A stretch of DNA of 64,000 nt, taken from assembly GCA_045598245.1 (NCBI GenBank), contig JAZLLQ010000035.1:5579-69578 (forward strand). The letters are read 5' to 3'. Below, piece after piece: positions 1 through 8,803 of this stretch. Under the pieces are notes generated by a model. The model had not been told where the DNA came from. It ran no database searches and saw only the letters and a list, made by a program, of their open reading frames with translations. Position numbers and translations under genes: made by a program. Origin of the DNA: Candidatus Gastranaerophilales bacterium (lineage in GTDB: Bacteria; Cyanobacteriota; Vampirovibrionia; Gastranaerophilales; JAILCC01). Position 1 is the stretch's first letter, and every line of letters begins with the position of its first letter.

Positions 1-41
1 GTAATGAAAATTAAATAAAGAAACGCTTGCCGCGTTAGCTC
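1..41 (+). repeat. Upstream partial copy of the tRNA-Phe leader plus the first 13 nt of the tRNA (copy of 93..133)
   Basis: Hand alignment shows 1..41 equals 93..133 with 2 mismatches. The first copy is not followed by a foldable tRNA. Confidence 0.75.
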
Positions 42-120
42 TAAGGCGAATGAAATGAAGCCGATTTTGATTTCACCAACTGAGCTGACAAGGTAATGAA
101 AATTAAATAACGTAACGCTT

Positions 121-196
<76 letters not shown>

Positions 197-200
197 CTTA

Positions 201-227
201 AAAAAGACTCCTTTGGGGTCTTTTTTT
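201..227 (+). terminator. Intrinsic terminator after tRNA-Phe
   Basis: Hairpin GACTCC-TTT-GGGGTC is followed by a run of 7 T. Confidence 0.7.
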
Positions 228-279
228 ATGTCTCGAAATTGAACCTTAATCTAAACCCGCAAGTCTAACCGCTTGCTCG

Positions 280-348
280 TCCGAGACGCGGCACCATTTA
301 AAAGACTCCTTTGGGGTCTTTTTTTATGTCTCGAAATTGAACCTTAAT
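280..348 (+). repeat. Direct duplicate of the tRNA-Phe 3' end (17 nt), its terminator and the downstream flank (copy of 180..250)
   Basis: The sequence tccgagacgcggcacca..aaagactcctttggggtctttttttatgtctcgaaattgaaccttaat occurs twice. The second copy has 1 substitution and a 2-nt deletion by eye. Confidence 0.85.
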
Positions 349-450
349 TGTTCTTTTACATCGGAAATTATTTTGAGGGTAACGGCAGAAAATTACAATA
401 TGTTTGCAATTTAGCCGTATCCTACTATGTGATAATTTATAATTTCAAGC

Positions 451-500
451 TTGCACAAAACACTCTTTTCTTGCACATATTTGCACTATTTTGCACAAAA
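451..500 (+). promoter_or_regulatory. Four direct TTGCAC(A/T) repeats phased at 20/10/10 bp
   Basis: TTGCAC starts at 451, 471, 481 and 491, upstream of the CDS at 615. Confidence 0.5.
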
Positions 501-614
501 TTTGAAAAAGGTGGGAATTGTTTCACTTTTCTACACTTGCTTTAATAACAAATTTTATTTTTACAAATTTTTATATATGAGATAACAATACAAATCAAGG
601 AAGGATAATTTTAA

Positions 615-1028
615 ATGTATATTTCAAATATCAACCCTCTGAAATTTGGTGCTATTAAAATTCAGCCGGCAAAAAATCGAACAGAAGCTCAAAAACAATT
701 TATTACACATCTTGCAGATACTCCATTATTTGAGCAGTCTTCATGTTTACCTATAACAGAGGACATGTTTGTCGAAGAAAAAGATAATGGAGATACAAGA
801 ATATCGGTAAAGTTTAATACTCCGAAAGGGAAATACATTATTGGTTCAGATCGTTCCTTCTTTCTAAATAGGGGTTTTGATAATCGTATACAATCAATGC
901 TTAAACCTTTTACGGAAGAAATAGAAAATTACAGACAAATGTTAAAAGATTGTACAAATGAAGATATAGAACGTTTGGAAAATGGAAAACTCATAATTAT
1001 GCCTGAGTGGATGTCTGGATTATTTTAA
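615..1028 (+). CDS. Hypothetical protein (137 aa) with N-terminus MYISNINPLKFGAIK
   Basis: ORF with a strong RBS (aaggaagga) 9 nt upstream of the ATG. I recognise no family. Confidence 0.7.
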   Translation: MYISNINPLKFGAIKIQPAKNRTEAQKQFITHLADTPLFEQSSCLPITEDMFVEEKDNGDTRISVKFNTPKGKYIIGSDRSFFLNRGFDNRIQSMLKPFTEEIENYRQMLKDCTNEDIERLENGKLIIMPEWMSGLF

Positions 1029-1042
1029 CGATTAGTTTGTAA

Positions 1043-1060
1043 GGTGCAATTTTTTGCACC
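1043..1060. other. Perfect palindrome GGTGCAA-TTTT-TTGCACC between convergent genes
   Basis: 7-bp stem with a 4-nt loop and no U-tract on either strand. It contains the TTGCAC motif. Confidence 0.5.
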
Positions 1061-1122
1061 AATTATCAACATCTCTGTTACTTTTTTTCAAACCGACTGT
1101 TAATTTACATATAGCAAAGGGT

Positions 1123-1950
1123 TTAGCTCTTGCTTTTTTGTTGCAGAAATTTAATCCAACCAAGTTCTGAAAGTGTTTGCCAAGAGCTGTGAAGAGCATC
1201 ATCCATACCGGCAGGGTAACATTTATCGACTTTTACACCGTTTGGCTTAACGCAAGACAATGTAAAATCAGGTTTGGAAATATGCTCGAAGCCTATGCCT
1301 TCTCTAAATATTGACATAAAACCGTTGTGAGAATTAATAATCTCTTTTAATCCATTTTTCCTGTCTGCTACAAACGTATATGAGGGTTTTCTGCCTGTTT
1401 GCTGTGTTGTGCTGTATACTGTTCTTAAAATTGTACCATCAACATCTCTCACTACTTTCTTGGATAAATTGGCTATACCCGTTGGTGTAGTGACGACTTT
1501 ATACGTTGTTGAAACCGATGAACCGTCTTTTGCAATTGACAGTGTCTTTCTTAATTGTCCAAATTTATCAAATACGGCACGAAGTAACCCGCCATCATCA
1601 TTTCTTGTCATGTCAACAACACATCTGTGTCTTTGAGACGCATTACCTAAAATAGCTCTTTGGGTAATATCTCTTCCGTACCAACGTTCAGAAACAGCTG
1701 CAATATTAGAATTCGATACAGAGAAATTTCTTAAAAACTGATCTGATTGGCTGACAGCATGCAACCCAAATCTGCGTGTTTGATGATACAATGTTTGTAT
1801 TGTGGGGCCATTCATACCTTTGGTTGTGACATATCCGTTACCTAATCTTGCCACTACGGATTGATATAATTGTTTTGTTCCTGTACTGAGAATTTTATTC
1901 ATACCTTTATTTATCCATGCTTTTACACTATTTGCTCTAAAAATAAACAT
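1123..1950 (-). CDS. Hypothetical protein (275 aa)
   Basis: Long ORF with no recognisable motif. The start is uncertain because no clear RBS precedes either 1950 or the internal Met at 1902. Confidence 0.6.
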   Translation of the reverse strand: MFIFRANSVKAWINKGMNKILSTGTKQLYQSVVARLGNGYVTTKGMNGPTIQTLYHQTRRFGLHAVSQSDQFLRNFSVSNSNIAAVSERWYGRDITQRAILGNASQRHRCVVDMTRNDDGGLLRAVFDKFGQLRKTLSIAKDGSSVSTTYKVVTTPTGIANLSKKVVRDVDGTILRTVYSTTQQTGRKPSYTFVADRKNGLKEIINSHNGFMSIFREGIGFEHISKPDFTLSCVKPNGVKVDKCYPAGMDDALHSSWQTLSELGWIKFLQQKSKS

Positions 1951-2109
1951 AAGAAAAATTGCTAAATGCTAACAACAGGCGTGAAATTCAAATCAGTAAT
2001 GAATTTGATATTTTAAAATTATGGGTATGGCAATTCTTTATTCTGAATTGTTTTTATAAGTATACGGATAATTATTGGGATAAAATTTATAAATTAGGAG
2101 GAATTATTA

Positions 2110-2552
2110 TGGGATTTGATGTTCACAAGGTAGATTATGTTAATGGAAGCGTGAAAGAACCTCCATTTGTTGAGGTTCAAACAGAAATCGGAAAAGTTAA
2201 AGTTGAAGCAAGCATTTTTAAAGGTCTTGTCAACGGAAAAAAAGAAGGTGATATGCCTCTTGGGGTAGAATTAACAAACGGAATAAAAATCAGAGATTTA
2301 AACAGCATATACACCCCAAATGGAGAAGTCACAATTTATGATATGCCGATATCAGGAAGCCCGAAACCAAATAGTAATGTCTGTGTATATGCAAAAGATG
2401 CTACCGTTCTTGTAGATAGCGCCAATAAGGAATACAATTCCGTAGAAATTCATAATAAAAACGGATTAGTTCACGCATATCGTGATCCTGATGACCACGT
2501 TTCATTTTATGCAGAGAATGAACAATTTTTAATCAGTCAATCTCCAAGATAA
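2110..2552 (+). CDS. Hypothetical protein (147 aa), a distant relative of the EF-hand paralogs at 39611 and 40589
   Basis: The RBS aggagg precedes the ATG at 2110, so the ORF-track start at 1959 is an upstream extension. The segment EVQTEIGKVKVEASIFKG..VELTNGIKI resembles EVTIGGVKFDLAEVEKFK..VEFKNGLVI. Confidence 0.7.
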
Positions 2553-2560
2553 ATATACAA

Positions 2561-2594
2561 AAAAGAGCTTGCATCGCAAGCTCTTTTTTGTTTT
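2561..2594 (+). terminator. Intrinsic terminator
   Basis: Hairpin GAGCTTGC-ATC-GCAAGCTC is followed by TTTTTTGTTTT. Confidence 0.85.
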
Positions 2595-2621
2595 ATTTAG
2601 TTTTAAAAAAGGTTATTAAAT

Positions 2622-2864
2622 ATGCGGAAAAAGAATGCAGTCGGCGGAATTGAAATGCTTTTGGCTTTATTGATAATTACTTTGTTATTTCTATATTTTA
2701 CGGGTAATTTCTTTGATAAAAACGGTGATAATTTCGGTGGTGATAAGAATTTAAAAGATGCAAAAGAGAAAATTGATGTCCAACTTGATGAATTGCAAAA
2801 GCAACGACAAGATTTAAATGATGAAACTCAGCGAAGGCTTAATGAATTGAATAGTGCATATTGA
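2622..2864 (+). CDS. Small membrane-anchored coiled-coil protein (80 aa)
   Basis: Contains an N-terminal hydrophobic helix (LLALLIITLLFLYF) and a charged C-terminal helix. Confidence 0.6.
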   Translation: MRKKNAVGGIEMLLALLIITLLFLYFTGNFFDKNGDNFGGDKNLKDAKEKIDVQLDELQKQRQDLNDETQRRLNELNSAY

Positions 2865-2928
2865 CAGTAATCTTGTAATTGCAATTTTATGATGTTATCA
2901 TATTTTCAGCTTTTACGTCAGGTGTGTT

Positions 2929-3345
2929 ATGAAAATCAGCCGTATAAATTCGAATGTAAATTTCTCTTCCATAGTTGTTAAAGATAGTTCTAACGCTATG
3001 GGGATTTTGAATTATCACTTTCAGTTTGCATCTTCAATTCTGGAAAAAGCCCCTAATCTGTTAGGAAAAGAAGAAGTAAAATATAAAGCAAATTTGTTGG
3101 AAAAATTAAGTAAAGCGTGGAGAGAGCTTTCAACATCTGAGGATAAAAACATTGTGCTTTCGGCTAATCCTGATATTGCGGATAAGCAAAGCATTAAATC
3201 AATAGTTGCCGCAATTGAATATATAAAGAAGGGTAAGCCTGTAACAGTTGGAACAATTTCAGGTCAAGAAAGTATTTGTCAGTTTGCGGAAAAATTATTG
3301 TCTATTCAGAAAAAGTCTTTTATAAGAAGGCTTTTGCATTTGTAA
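2929..3345 (+). CDS. Hypothetical protein (138 aa) with N-terminus MKISRINSNVNFSSI
   Basis: ORF only. I recognise no family. Confidence 0.6.
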   Translation: MKISRINSNVNFSSIVVKDSSNAMGILNYHFQFASSILEKAPNLLGKEEVKYKANLLEKLSKAWRELSTSEDKNIVLSANPDIADKQSIKSIVAAIEYIKKGKPVTVGTISGQESICQFAEKLLSIQKKSFIRRLLHL

Positions 3346-3477
3346 CCAAACTCAAGTATACAAAATGTCCGGATTATTATAATTTAGCTTAAATTGAGCA
3401 GGTTCATGTCAAAATAGCAAATTTATTTTTTACTGACCTTGATGCTATTGTAATGATTAAGGAAAAGGATTAATTTC

Positions 3478-4056
3478 ATGAATACGACAAGCCCGCTAAA
3501 TTTAAGTTTTTCAAGCATTAAAGGTATCAGCTATCGCCGTGGGGCATCGACAAGTGCTACTCCCGATTGTCAATTATCCGAACGCATAATGAAAGCGGTT
3601 GTAGACTCTCCCTTTATTCAGAATTTAGCACGTAATGAAGATATATATTTGAGTATTGCAGGACATGCTCGCTTGCGTCCATTCGTTTATGCATCTCATG
3701 ACGTTACGCTTGACATTCCGGGTAAAGGACATGTGAATTTGCATTTTAATAATACTCATTTGCATGAGAGATTTAAGCGCTTGCAAAGTGATTTGGATAA
3801 AATACCCCAATGGGCTTTTGACGGTATGTTGACACTTAGTTCAAAATTCCCTGCTAAACTTAAAAAAGCGGAAGTTAAATGTGCAGAAATGAACAAAACT
3901 GATAACGGCAAACTTAAATATTATCCGATTACTCCTGAAAGAGTATTTAAAGTCAACGATGATTTGAATATTTCAACAAAAGACATTTCAATAGCAAAAG
4001 GATTAAAACACAGACCTTTCTCAAAAGAAGTTATTGATTTCTTTTTGGTTGAATAA
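3478..4056 (+). CDS. Hypothetical protein (192 aa) with N-terminus MNTTSPLNLSFSSIKG
   Basis: ORF with the RBS aaggaaaagga upstream. I recognise no family. Confidence 0.65.
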   Translation: MNTTSPLNLSFSSIKGISYRRGASTSATPDCQLSERIMKAVVDSPFIQNLARNEDIYLSIAGHARLRPFVYASHDVTLDIPGKGHVNLHFNNTHLHERFKRLQSDLDKIPQWAFDGMLTLSSKFPAKLKKAEVKCAEMNKTDNGKLKYYPITPERVFKVNDDLNISTKDISIAKGLKHRPFSKEVIDFFLVE

Positions 4057-4084
4057 TACTTTTTAGTTTATAATCTTAAAAATT

Positions 4085-4141
4085 CAGAGGAAATAATTTG
4101 GAATTTTAACGAAATTTAACAAATTGTTTCCTCTGTTTTTT
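4085..4141 (+). terminator. Long-stem intrinsic terminator
   Basis: CAGAGGAAA pairs with TTTCCTCTG, the stem is extended internally by AATTTG/CAAATT, and TTTTTT follows. Confidence 0.7.
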
Positions 4142-4281
4142 GTTGCTATTAGCGGTTTTGCGGGGTTATGATGTATAATAAACCCTTGTAAATGTTAAAA
4201 TAATTTGCCATGCTTTTTGCATATATGTAAAATAATCCATGTGTTGGCGGTTATACCGATACAAAAGAAAAGGAGATTATT

Positions 4282-4554
4282 ATGAACAGAGAAGAACTTA
4301 TTACTGAAATTGCCAAAAAAGCAAAAGTTTCAAAAAAAGCAGCAGGTGATGTTTTAACTGCAACTATTGATGCTATTCAAACAGCTGTTAAAAAAGGAAA
4401 CAAAGTTACTTTAGTTGGCTTTGGTACTTTTGAAAGAAGAGCAAGAGCTGCAAGAACAGGTCGTAACCCTCAAACAGGTGCAGCTATTAAAATTTCTGCT
4501 AAAAAAGTTCCTGCATTCTCAGCTGGTAAAAAGTTTAAAGAACTTGTTAAATAA
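4282..4554 (+). CDS. hup: DNA-binding protein HU
   Basis: 90 aa with the canonical HU sequence (GFGTFERRARAARTGRNPQTG..I.AKKVPAFSAGK). The RBS is aaggag. Confidence 0.95.
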   Translation: MNREELITEIAKKAKVSKKAAGDVLTATIDAIQTAVKKGNKVTLVGFGTFERRARAARTGRNPQTGAAIKISAKKVPAFSAGKKFKELVK

Positions 4555-4578
4555 TTGTTCTTTAATAAACAATTTTTG

Positions 4579-4608
4579 CGGAGCAGTTTTTTACTGCTCC
4601 GTTTTTTA
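4579..4608 (+). terminator. Intrinsic terminator after hup
   Basis: Hairpin CGGAGCAG-loop-CTGCTCCG is followed by TTTTTT. Confidence 0.85.
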
Positions 4609-4682
4609 TTGTAAAAGTTTGTAAATATACAAACAATACGTTGTTTTATTTCATAAAGCTGATAAAATAAATTATATAACTT

Positions 4683-4754
4683 AGCGGTATCGTCTAGGGG
4701 TTAGGATCACAGATTCTCATTCTGTTGACACGGGTTCGAATCCCGTTGCCGCCG
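4683..4754 (+). tRNA. tRNA-Glu (anticodon CUC), no encoded CCA
   Basis: Hand-folded cloverleaf with a Glu-type D-arm (TCGTCTAGGGGTTAGGA). The anticodon stem ACAGA/TCTGT carries loop TTCTCAT. It has a 4-nt variable loop and T-arm ACGGG-TTCGAAT-CCCGT. Position 1 pairs with 72 as an A.C mismatch. Confidence 0.75.
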
Positions 4755-4774
4755 TTTATATAGGTTGTTTTGTT

Positions 4775-5542
4775 ATGAAAACATTTAAACAAATATTATC
4801 CAAAGTACCTAAGCAAGTCTGGCATGTTGTTATTCTTTTAATAATTGCTATTGTGATTTTGGTCGTTCTTTTTTGTGTATATCCTTTGATAATTTCATCA
4901 AAAATTTCAATTAACGATAAGCATAAAGAAACTCAGGTTATTACTCATAAAGAACAGCCCGCAAATATAGAGAAGCAGACTCCTGTTAATATTTCTGAAA
5001 AAACTTTAAATAACTCTAAAAAGCTAAATACTAAAGATAACTCTTTGCTATTGAAAAAAACAAAACAAAATAACATCACGCCGACAGGCAATAAAAATTC
5101 TGCGGATGTTGCAAATGTTGCTTCCGAAAAGGAACAACAACATCAAAATAATGCTGTTAATTTTGATACGTACATAATTGATATACAAAATAAAATTAAA
5201 GCCAATTGGAAGCCGCCTATATCTAAGAATAGCAGAAAGACCGTAGTTTTGTTTACTGTTGCAAAAGATGGCTCAATAGTAAAATCGGACATTGTAAAAT
5301 CATCAGGTAATAAGGAAATGGATAAATCATCATTAACTGCAATTAATGTATCTGCTCCTTTTAACCGTTTACCGGAAGAATATACCGGTGATGAAGTCGA
5401 TATTCAATTTACTTTTGATTATAATTTTATAAAATCTGATACAAAAACCAAGCATCAAAAATCAACTTTTATGCCATTACAATCGGATGTAACTGATGAT
5501 AATGAGCAGGAACAAGTTATTTTATCTGTTCCGATACAATAA
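4775..5542 (+). CDS. TonB/TolA-family C-terminal domain protein
   Basis: N-terminal TM helix, a polar linker, and a C-terminus following the TonB_C/TolA pattern (IKANWKPP..VVLFTVAKDGSIV..IVKSSGNKEMDKSSLTAI..SAPF..LP). Confidence 0.55.
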   Translation: MKTFKQILSKVPKQVWHVVILLIIAIVILVVLFCVYPLIISSKISINDKHKETQVITHKEQPANIEKQTPVNISEKTLNNSKKLNTKDNSLLLKKTKQNNITPTGNKNSADVANVASEKEQQHQNNAVNFDTYIIDIQNKIKANWKPPISKNSRKTVVLFTVAKDGSIVKSDIVKSSGNKEMDKSSLTAINVSAPFNRLPEEYTGDEVDIQFTFDYNFIKSDTKTKHQKSTFMPLQSDVTDDNEQEQVILSVPIQ

Positions 5543-5554
5543 AGAATAATTCAG

Positions 5555-8146
5555 CTATTTTATTTCTTCGTAAACTTTTTGTATTGCACGCAATCTAAGC
5601 CTTTGTTCAGGCGTAATTTTGAATGTGTCGCCCAAAAGTTTAGTTAAAATGTAACCAAACTCAGGATCACCATCACCTGCATATTGGTGTAGCATTTCGT
5701 GTAACCATGTTGCTAAAACTCTTGTGAATGGTGCTTTTTTCAAATGGTCACGAGAAACCCAATGCCCCATATATTGATTTGTACCATGGTCAATCATAGC
5801 TTCGGCAAGTGTGTTTTCACATTTTTCAGCATTTCTGTCAAAAATAAATATAGGCGATTTATGATTGTTGTCCTTGATTATAGCTTCTGCTTTTATCTTT
5901 GAAAATACATTCGCCAATTCAGTTGAAAAAGTCCTGTCTGAAAGATTTTTTTCTATAAAATTGATTATTTCTTGCTGCATTAAATAATCATAGTTTTTTA
6001 TATTTTCAATTTTATTAAATATGAAATTGTCTAATGTTCTGCTTGCGATTGCCTCATAATTAATATCAGTTTTAGGCGGTAATGTGTGCGAAAATTCCTT
6101 TTCAAATTCCTTTAATAACGCAGGACATTCATCAAGTATCCTGAGTGCTTTATCGGGATTAAGACCGATGTAAGAGTCCAGTTTGATTTTTGATAATTCC
6201 TCGACATATTTGCTCAATTTTGGTGCAGTATATTGTTCTGATACGATTTTTACGGCTTCTCCAAGTAATTTTATTTTTTTAATTTCCTGAGGAGTCGGCA
6301 TTAATGGTTTATGAGCACTGTACATACTCAGCACCTCAGTTGCATTTGGCATACCTATATTTTCCAAACATTCATCACAAACGGTATAACCGTATTCCTG
6401 TAATCTTTCAATTGTACGGCTATTTGCGTGTTGAGGAACTGCAACAAATTTTTGATTTGTTAAATCAATTTTAGTTTTTCCGAAGTATTTACTGAATTTG
6501 TGACAAAGGGAATCAAGAAGAATTTTATATGCTTTTGGTGCATCAGTATTTTCTCTTGCCCATACACTTTGCAAATCCATGATAATGTTCAATGCTTTTT
6601 CATCCGGGATATCTTTTGTGAATTTATCTAAAATCTGCTTTAAGTCATCCGTTGTTATTGAACTTCTGTCACGTCCTTTTGTAAATGCTGCATCAGGTTT
6701 TCTTCTGAAGAAAATATTTAATCCGTCAACGGAATTTTCCCAATTTTTTTCGTTTCCATAAGCAAACCTTTGAGTCAAATAGAAATTGCCTTTTTTCTCT
6801 TTGCCTAAAAAAGCAAAGCCCATATTTGCATTTTCGTACGTTAAGCCACGAAAATCAGGATTCTTTGAATGTTCAAAGAAGTTTGTTGCTTTAACAAGTT
6901 TTTTCATAAATTCTTCGCTGTCGGTTTCAAATTCAACGAAGTTTCCGTCAAACTCAGCCACTTTATTTAATTTACGTTGCATATATCTGTTGTTTGAAGA
7001 AATATCGTATTTCCAGTCAGCACTTCCGTAACTGATTTTTTTAACAAGTTTTTTTGCTAACATTGAAACATTAACCATTTTTAAGCCTTCACCAAATCCG
7101 CCTGCATCTTCAAGATTTTCAGATTTAGTTGAAAGTCCGTCAGCTGATATGTATTCACAATTGTAAGTTGATTTACCTTCAATTCTTACTTTATATGTAC
7201 CTTCTTTTGTTTTGGAAACAACCATATTAACCCCGTCAAGAGTGTGTCCGTGTCCGTCATAAAAGTTTTGCAGTAAATCACGTGCTATTTTTTCTTCATC
7301 CCATTTTGCGGTAATGCCTGCATTAATAGCCTTGTCGCAATTTTCAAGTTTGCCTAATCTTTCCATGTTTTCAGCTTGTAATGTTGCATTTGGAGCTTTG
7401 CTGATTTTGATTTTATCAGAGTCTTGAAGAAATGGAATTTTTATTGAATTGCCACTTTCGAGGTTTGAAATTTCTCTTAATAATTTATCAGGCTCAATGC
7501 ACCCTTCAATGTTATCTTGTCTGCCAAGTATTTTGGCAGAACGAAAATCAATATACTTTATACCTTCTTTCCGTTCTATCATCGTACCGTTTTTAACAGG
7601 TTGCATCGGATCATATCCTAACGATACATCGTCTGATATTTTACGATAATCTTCAGCAAGAGTGTCAAGATATTTTCCTGCTACTTTGGGATTTTCTTCC
7701 AATATACCATTGAGTTTTGCCTGCAAATTGTCAGTTAAATTCTTTTGTAGGGCAAGTTCTTCTTCAATGGCTTTTCTTTCGGCGGCCGAGCTATTAACTC
7801 TGCGACTTAAATTTTCCACATTTCCTTGCAAGTTATTTATTTGCCTTCTTAAAGTTTTATTCAGATTGTAGAAATGACCGCCTGCGCATAATGCAATTAA
7901 GCCTATTGTACCTGCTCCGATTAACACACCACCGGCAGCATACCACATTTTGCTTTTGTTTTTACAGGTACTTGTAGTTTCTTTTTTTACAGGTTCTTTT
8001 TCGGCGGTTGTTGTCAGAGCTTGAGGAGCAGGAGCTGTCATTTTGTTTTCACTTGCTCCGAAATGCTTGTACACTTGTGGGTTGTATAAGTATCCTTGAG
8101 GTGTAATATTACCTGCCATAAATTTAAACTGCTTTCTAATTATCAC
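5555..8146 (-). CDS. Membrane-anchored coiled-coil protein (863 aa) with GHKL-like ATP-binding motifs and a C-terminal HExxH; function unknown
   Basis: GTG start preceded by aggaa. TM helix at aa 67-90 and a heptad-like region at aa 95-150. DLLQNFYD (N-box-like, 7256-7279), GGFGEG (G2-box-like, 7085-7102) and HEMLH (5687-5701). Confidence 0.6.
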   Translation of the reverse strand: MIIRKQFKFMAGNITPQGYLYNPQVYKHFGASENKMTAPAPQALTTTAEKEPVKKETTSTCKNKSKMWYAAGGVLIGAGTIGLIALCAGGHFYNLNKTLRRQINNLQGNVENLSRRVNSSAAERKAIEEELALQKNLTDNLQAKLNGILEENPKVAGKYLDTLAEDYRKISDDVSLGYDPMQPVKNGTMIERKEGIKYIDFRSAKILGRQDNIEGCIEPDKLLREISNLESGNSIKIPFLQDSDKIKISKAPNATLQAENMERLGKLENCDKAINAGITAKWDEEKIARDLLQNFYDGHGHTLDGVNMVVSKTKEGTYKVRIEGKSTYNCEYISADGLSTKSENLEDAGGFGEGLKMVNVSMLAKKLVKKISYGSADWKYDISSNNRYMQRKLNKVAEFDGNFVEFETDSEEFMKKLVKATNFFEHSKNPDFRGLTYENANMGFAFLGKEKKGNFYLTQRFAYGNEKNWENSVDGLNIFFRRKPDAAFTKGRDRSSITTDDLKQILDKFTKDIPDEKALNIIMDLQSVWARENTDAPKAYKILLDSLCHKFSKYFGKTKIDLTNQKFVAVPQHANSRTIERLQEYGYTVCDECLENIGMPNATEVLSMYSAHKPLMPTPQEIKKIKLLGEAVKIVSEQYTAPKLSKYVEELSKIKLDSYIGLNPDKALRILDECPALLKEFEKEFSHTLPPKTDINYEAIASRTLDNFIFNKIENIKNYDYLMQQEIINFIEKNLSDRTFSTELANVFSKIKAEAIIKDNNHKSPIFIFDRNAEKCENTLAEAMIDHGTNQYMGHWVSRDHLKKAPFTRVLATWLHEMLHQYAGDGDPEFGYILTKLLGDTFKITPEQRLRLRAIQKVYEEIK

Positions 8147-8363
8147 TTATTCCTAATAAAACTCTGCATGATTTTTTTTGCTCAAAGTAATTTTAACTTG
8201 TAATATTTCTTTATAAAAAATTCTTCATAAAGGATTTTTCCGGTAATAAATAAAATAAACATTAAGAAATATGAATATTTCGTTTTAAATAGAACAAATT
8301 TTTGTATGTCCATTTTTCATGCTTAATGTAAATACAAATTAATTTTCATGAGGAAACAATGCA

Positions 8364-8753
8364 ATGAGTGTACAAGCAATAAGAACAGTTGGTGAAGAAT
8401 GTGCGCAATTCGCAAACAGATCGTTAAGCAACGCAAGAGAAGCAATTAATTATTTGATTCCGGATGCAATGTTAAATAGTGGGAAACTTTCCGAAAAAGG
8501 TGCGGATATTTTGGATTTATCATTAAAAACGGCGGAATTACCTCAAAATACTCCCATTCAGCTATTTATTAAGTATATAAGAAATAAAGCAGAAGCACTG
8601 CAAATAAGCAGAGAAATTGCACAAGAAACAAAATCAGCAGAATTTGCGACTAAAATTGATGAAATGTTGGCAAGTTTGCCTGAATCTATCCAAAAAATCA
8701 TTAAAGACTTTGATGAGAAAAAAATGGAATTTTCAAGACTTTTATATCGTTAG
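8364..8753 (+). CDS. Hypothetical helical protein (129 aa)
   Basis: ORF divergent from the 863-aa gene. The RBS is gaggaaacaatgca before the ATG. Confidence 0.6.
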   Translation: MSVQAIRTVGEECAQFANRSLSNAREAINYLIPDAMLNSGKLSEKGADILDLSLKTAELPQNTPIQLFIKYIRNKAEALQISREIAQETKSAEFATKIDEMLASLPESIQKIIKDFDEKKMEFSRLLYR

Positions 8754-8803
8754 TCCTATATGCTTTATAAAATGTAATTATAAAATCTTAAAAGGTAGTA
8801 TAA

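Noticed and set aside
348-545. 65-aa ORF in the track, downstream of the tRNA-Phe duplicates
   Set aside because: It has no RBS, and the sequence consists of the TTGCAC repeat array and AT-rich spacer. The translated product is low-complexity hydrophobic junk.
1959-2109. N-terminal extensions in the ORF track (1959, 19941, 22999, 23796, 37693, 39530, 40529, 42367, 47049, 47065, 50270, 50596, 53827, 58954)
   Set aside because: In each case an internal ATG has a much better RBS and/or coincides with the conserved N-terminus of the family (L9, Smc, IspF, CysK, the prepilin motif, signal peptides). The extensions are read-through of upstream non-coding DNA.
2622-2864. Possible prepilin signal (VGGIEMLLALLIITLL) in the 80-aa protein
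   Set aside because: The Glu is at +2 rather than +5 after the Gly, and there is no F/M at +1. The sequence is better described as a simple membrane anchor. The protein at 23026, by contrast, has the canonical motif.
4415-4624. 69-aa ORF overlapping hup in another frame
   Set aside because: It is an out-of-frame overlap with a highly conserved HU gene and runs through the hup terminator.
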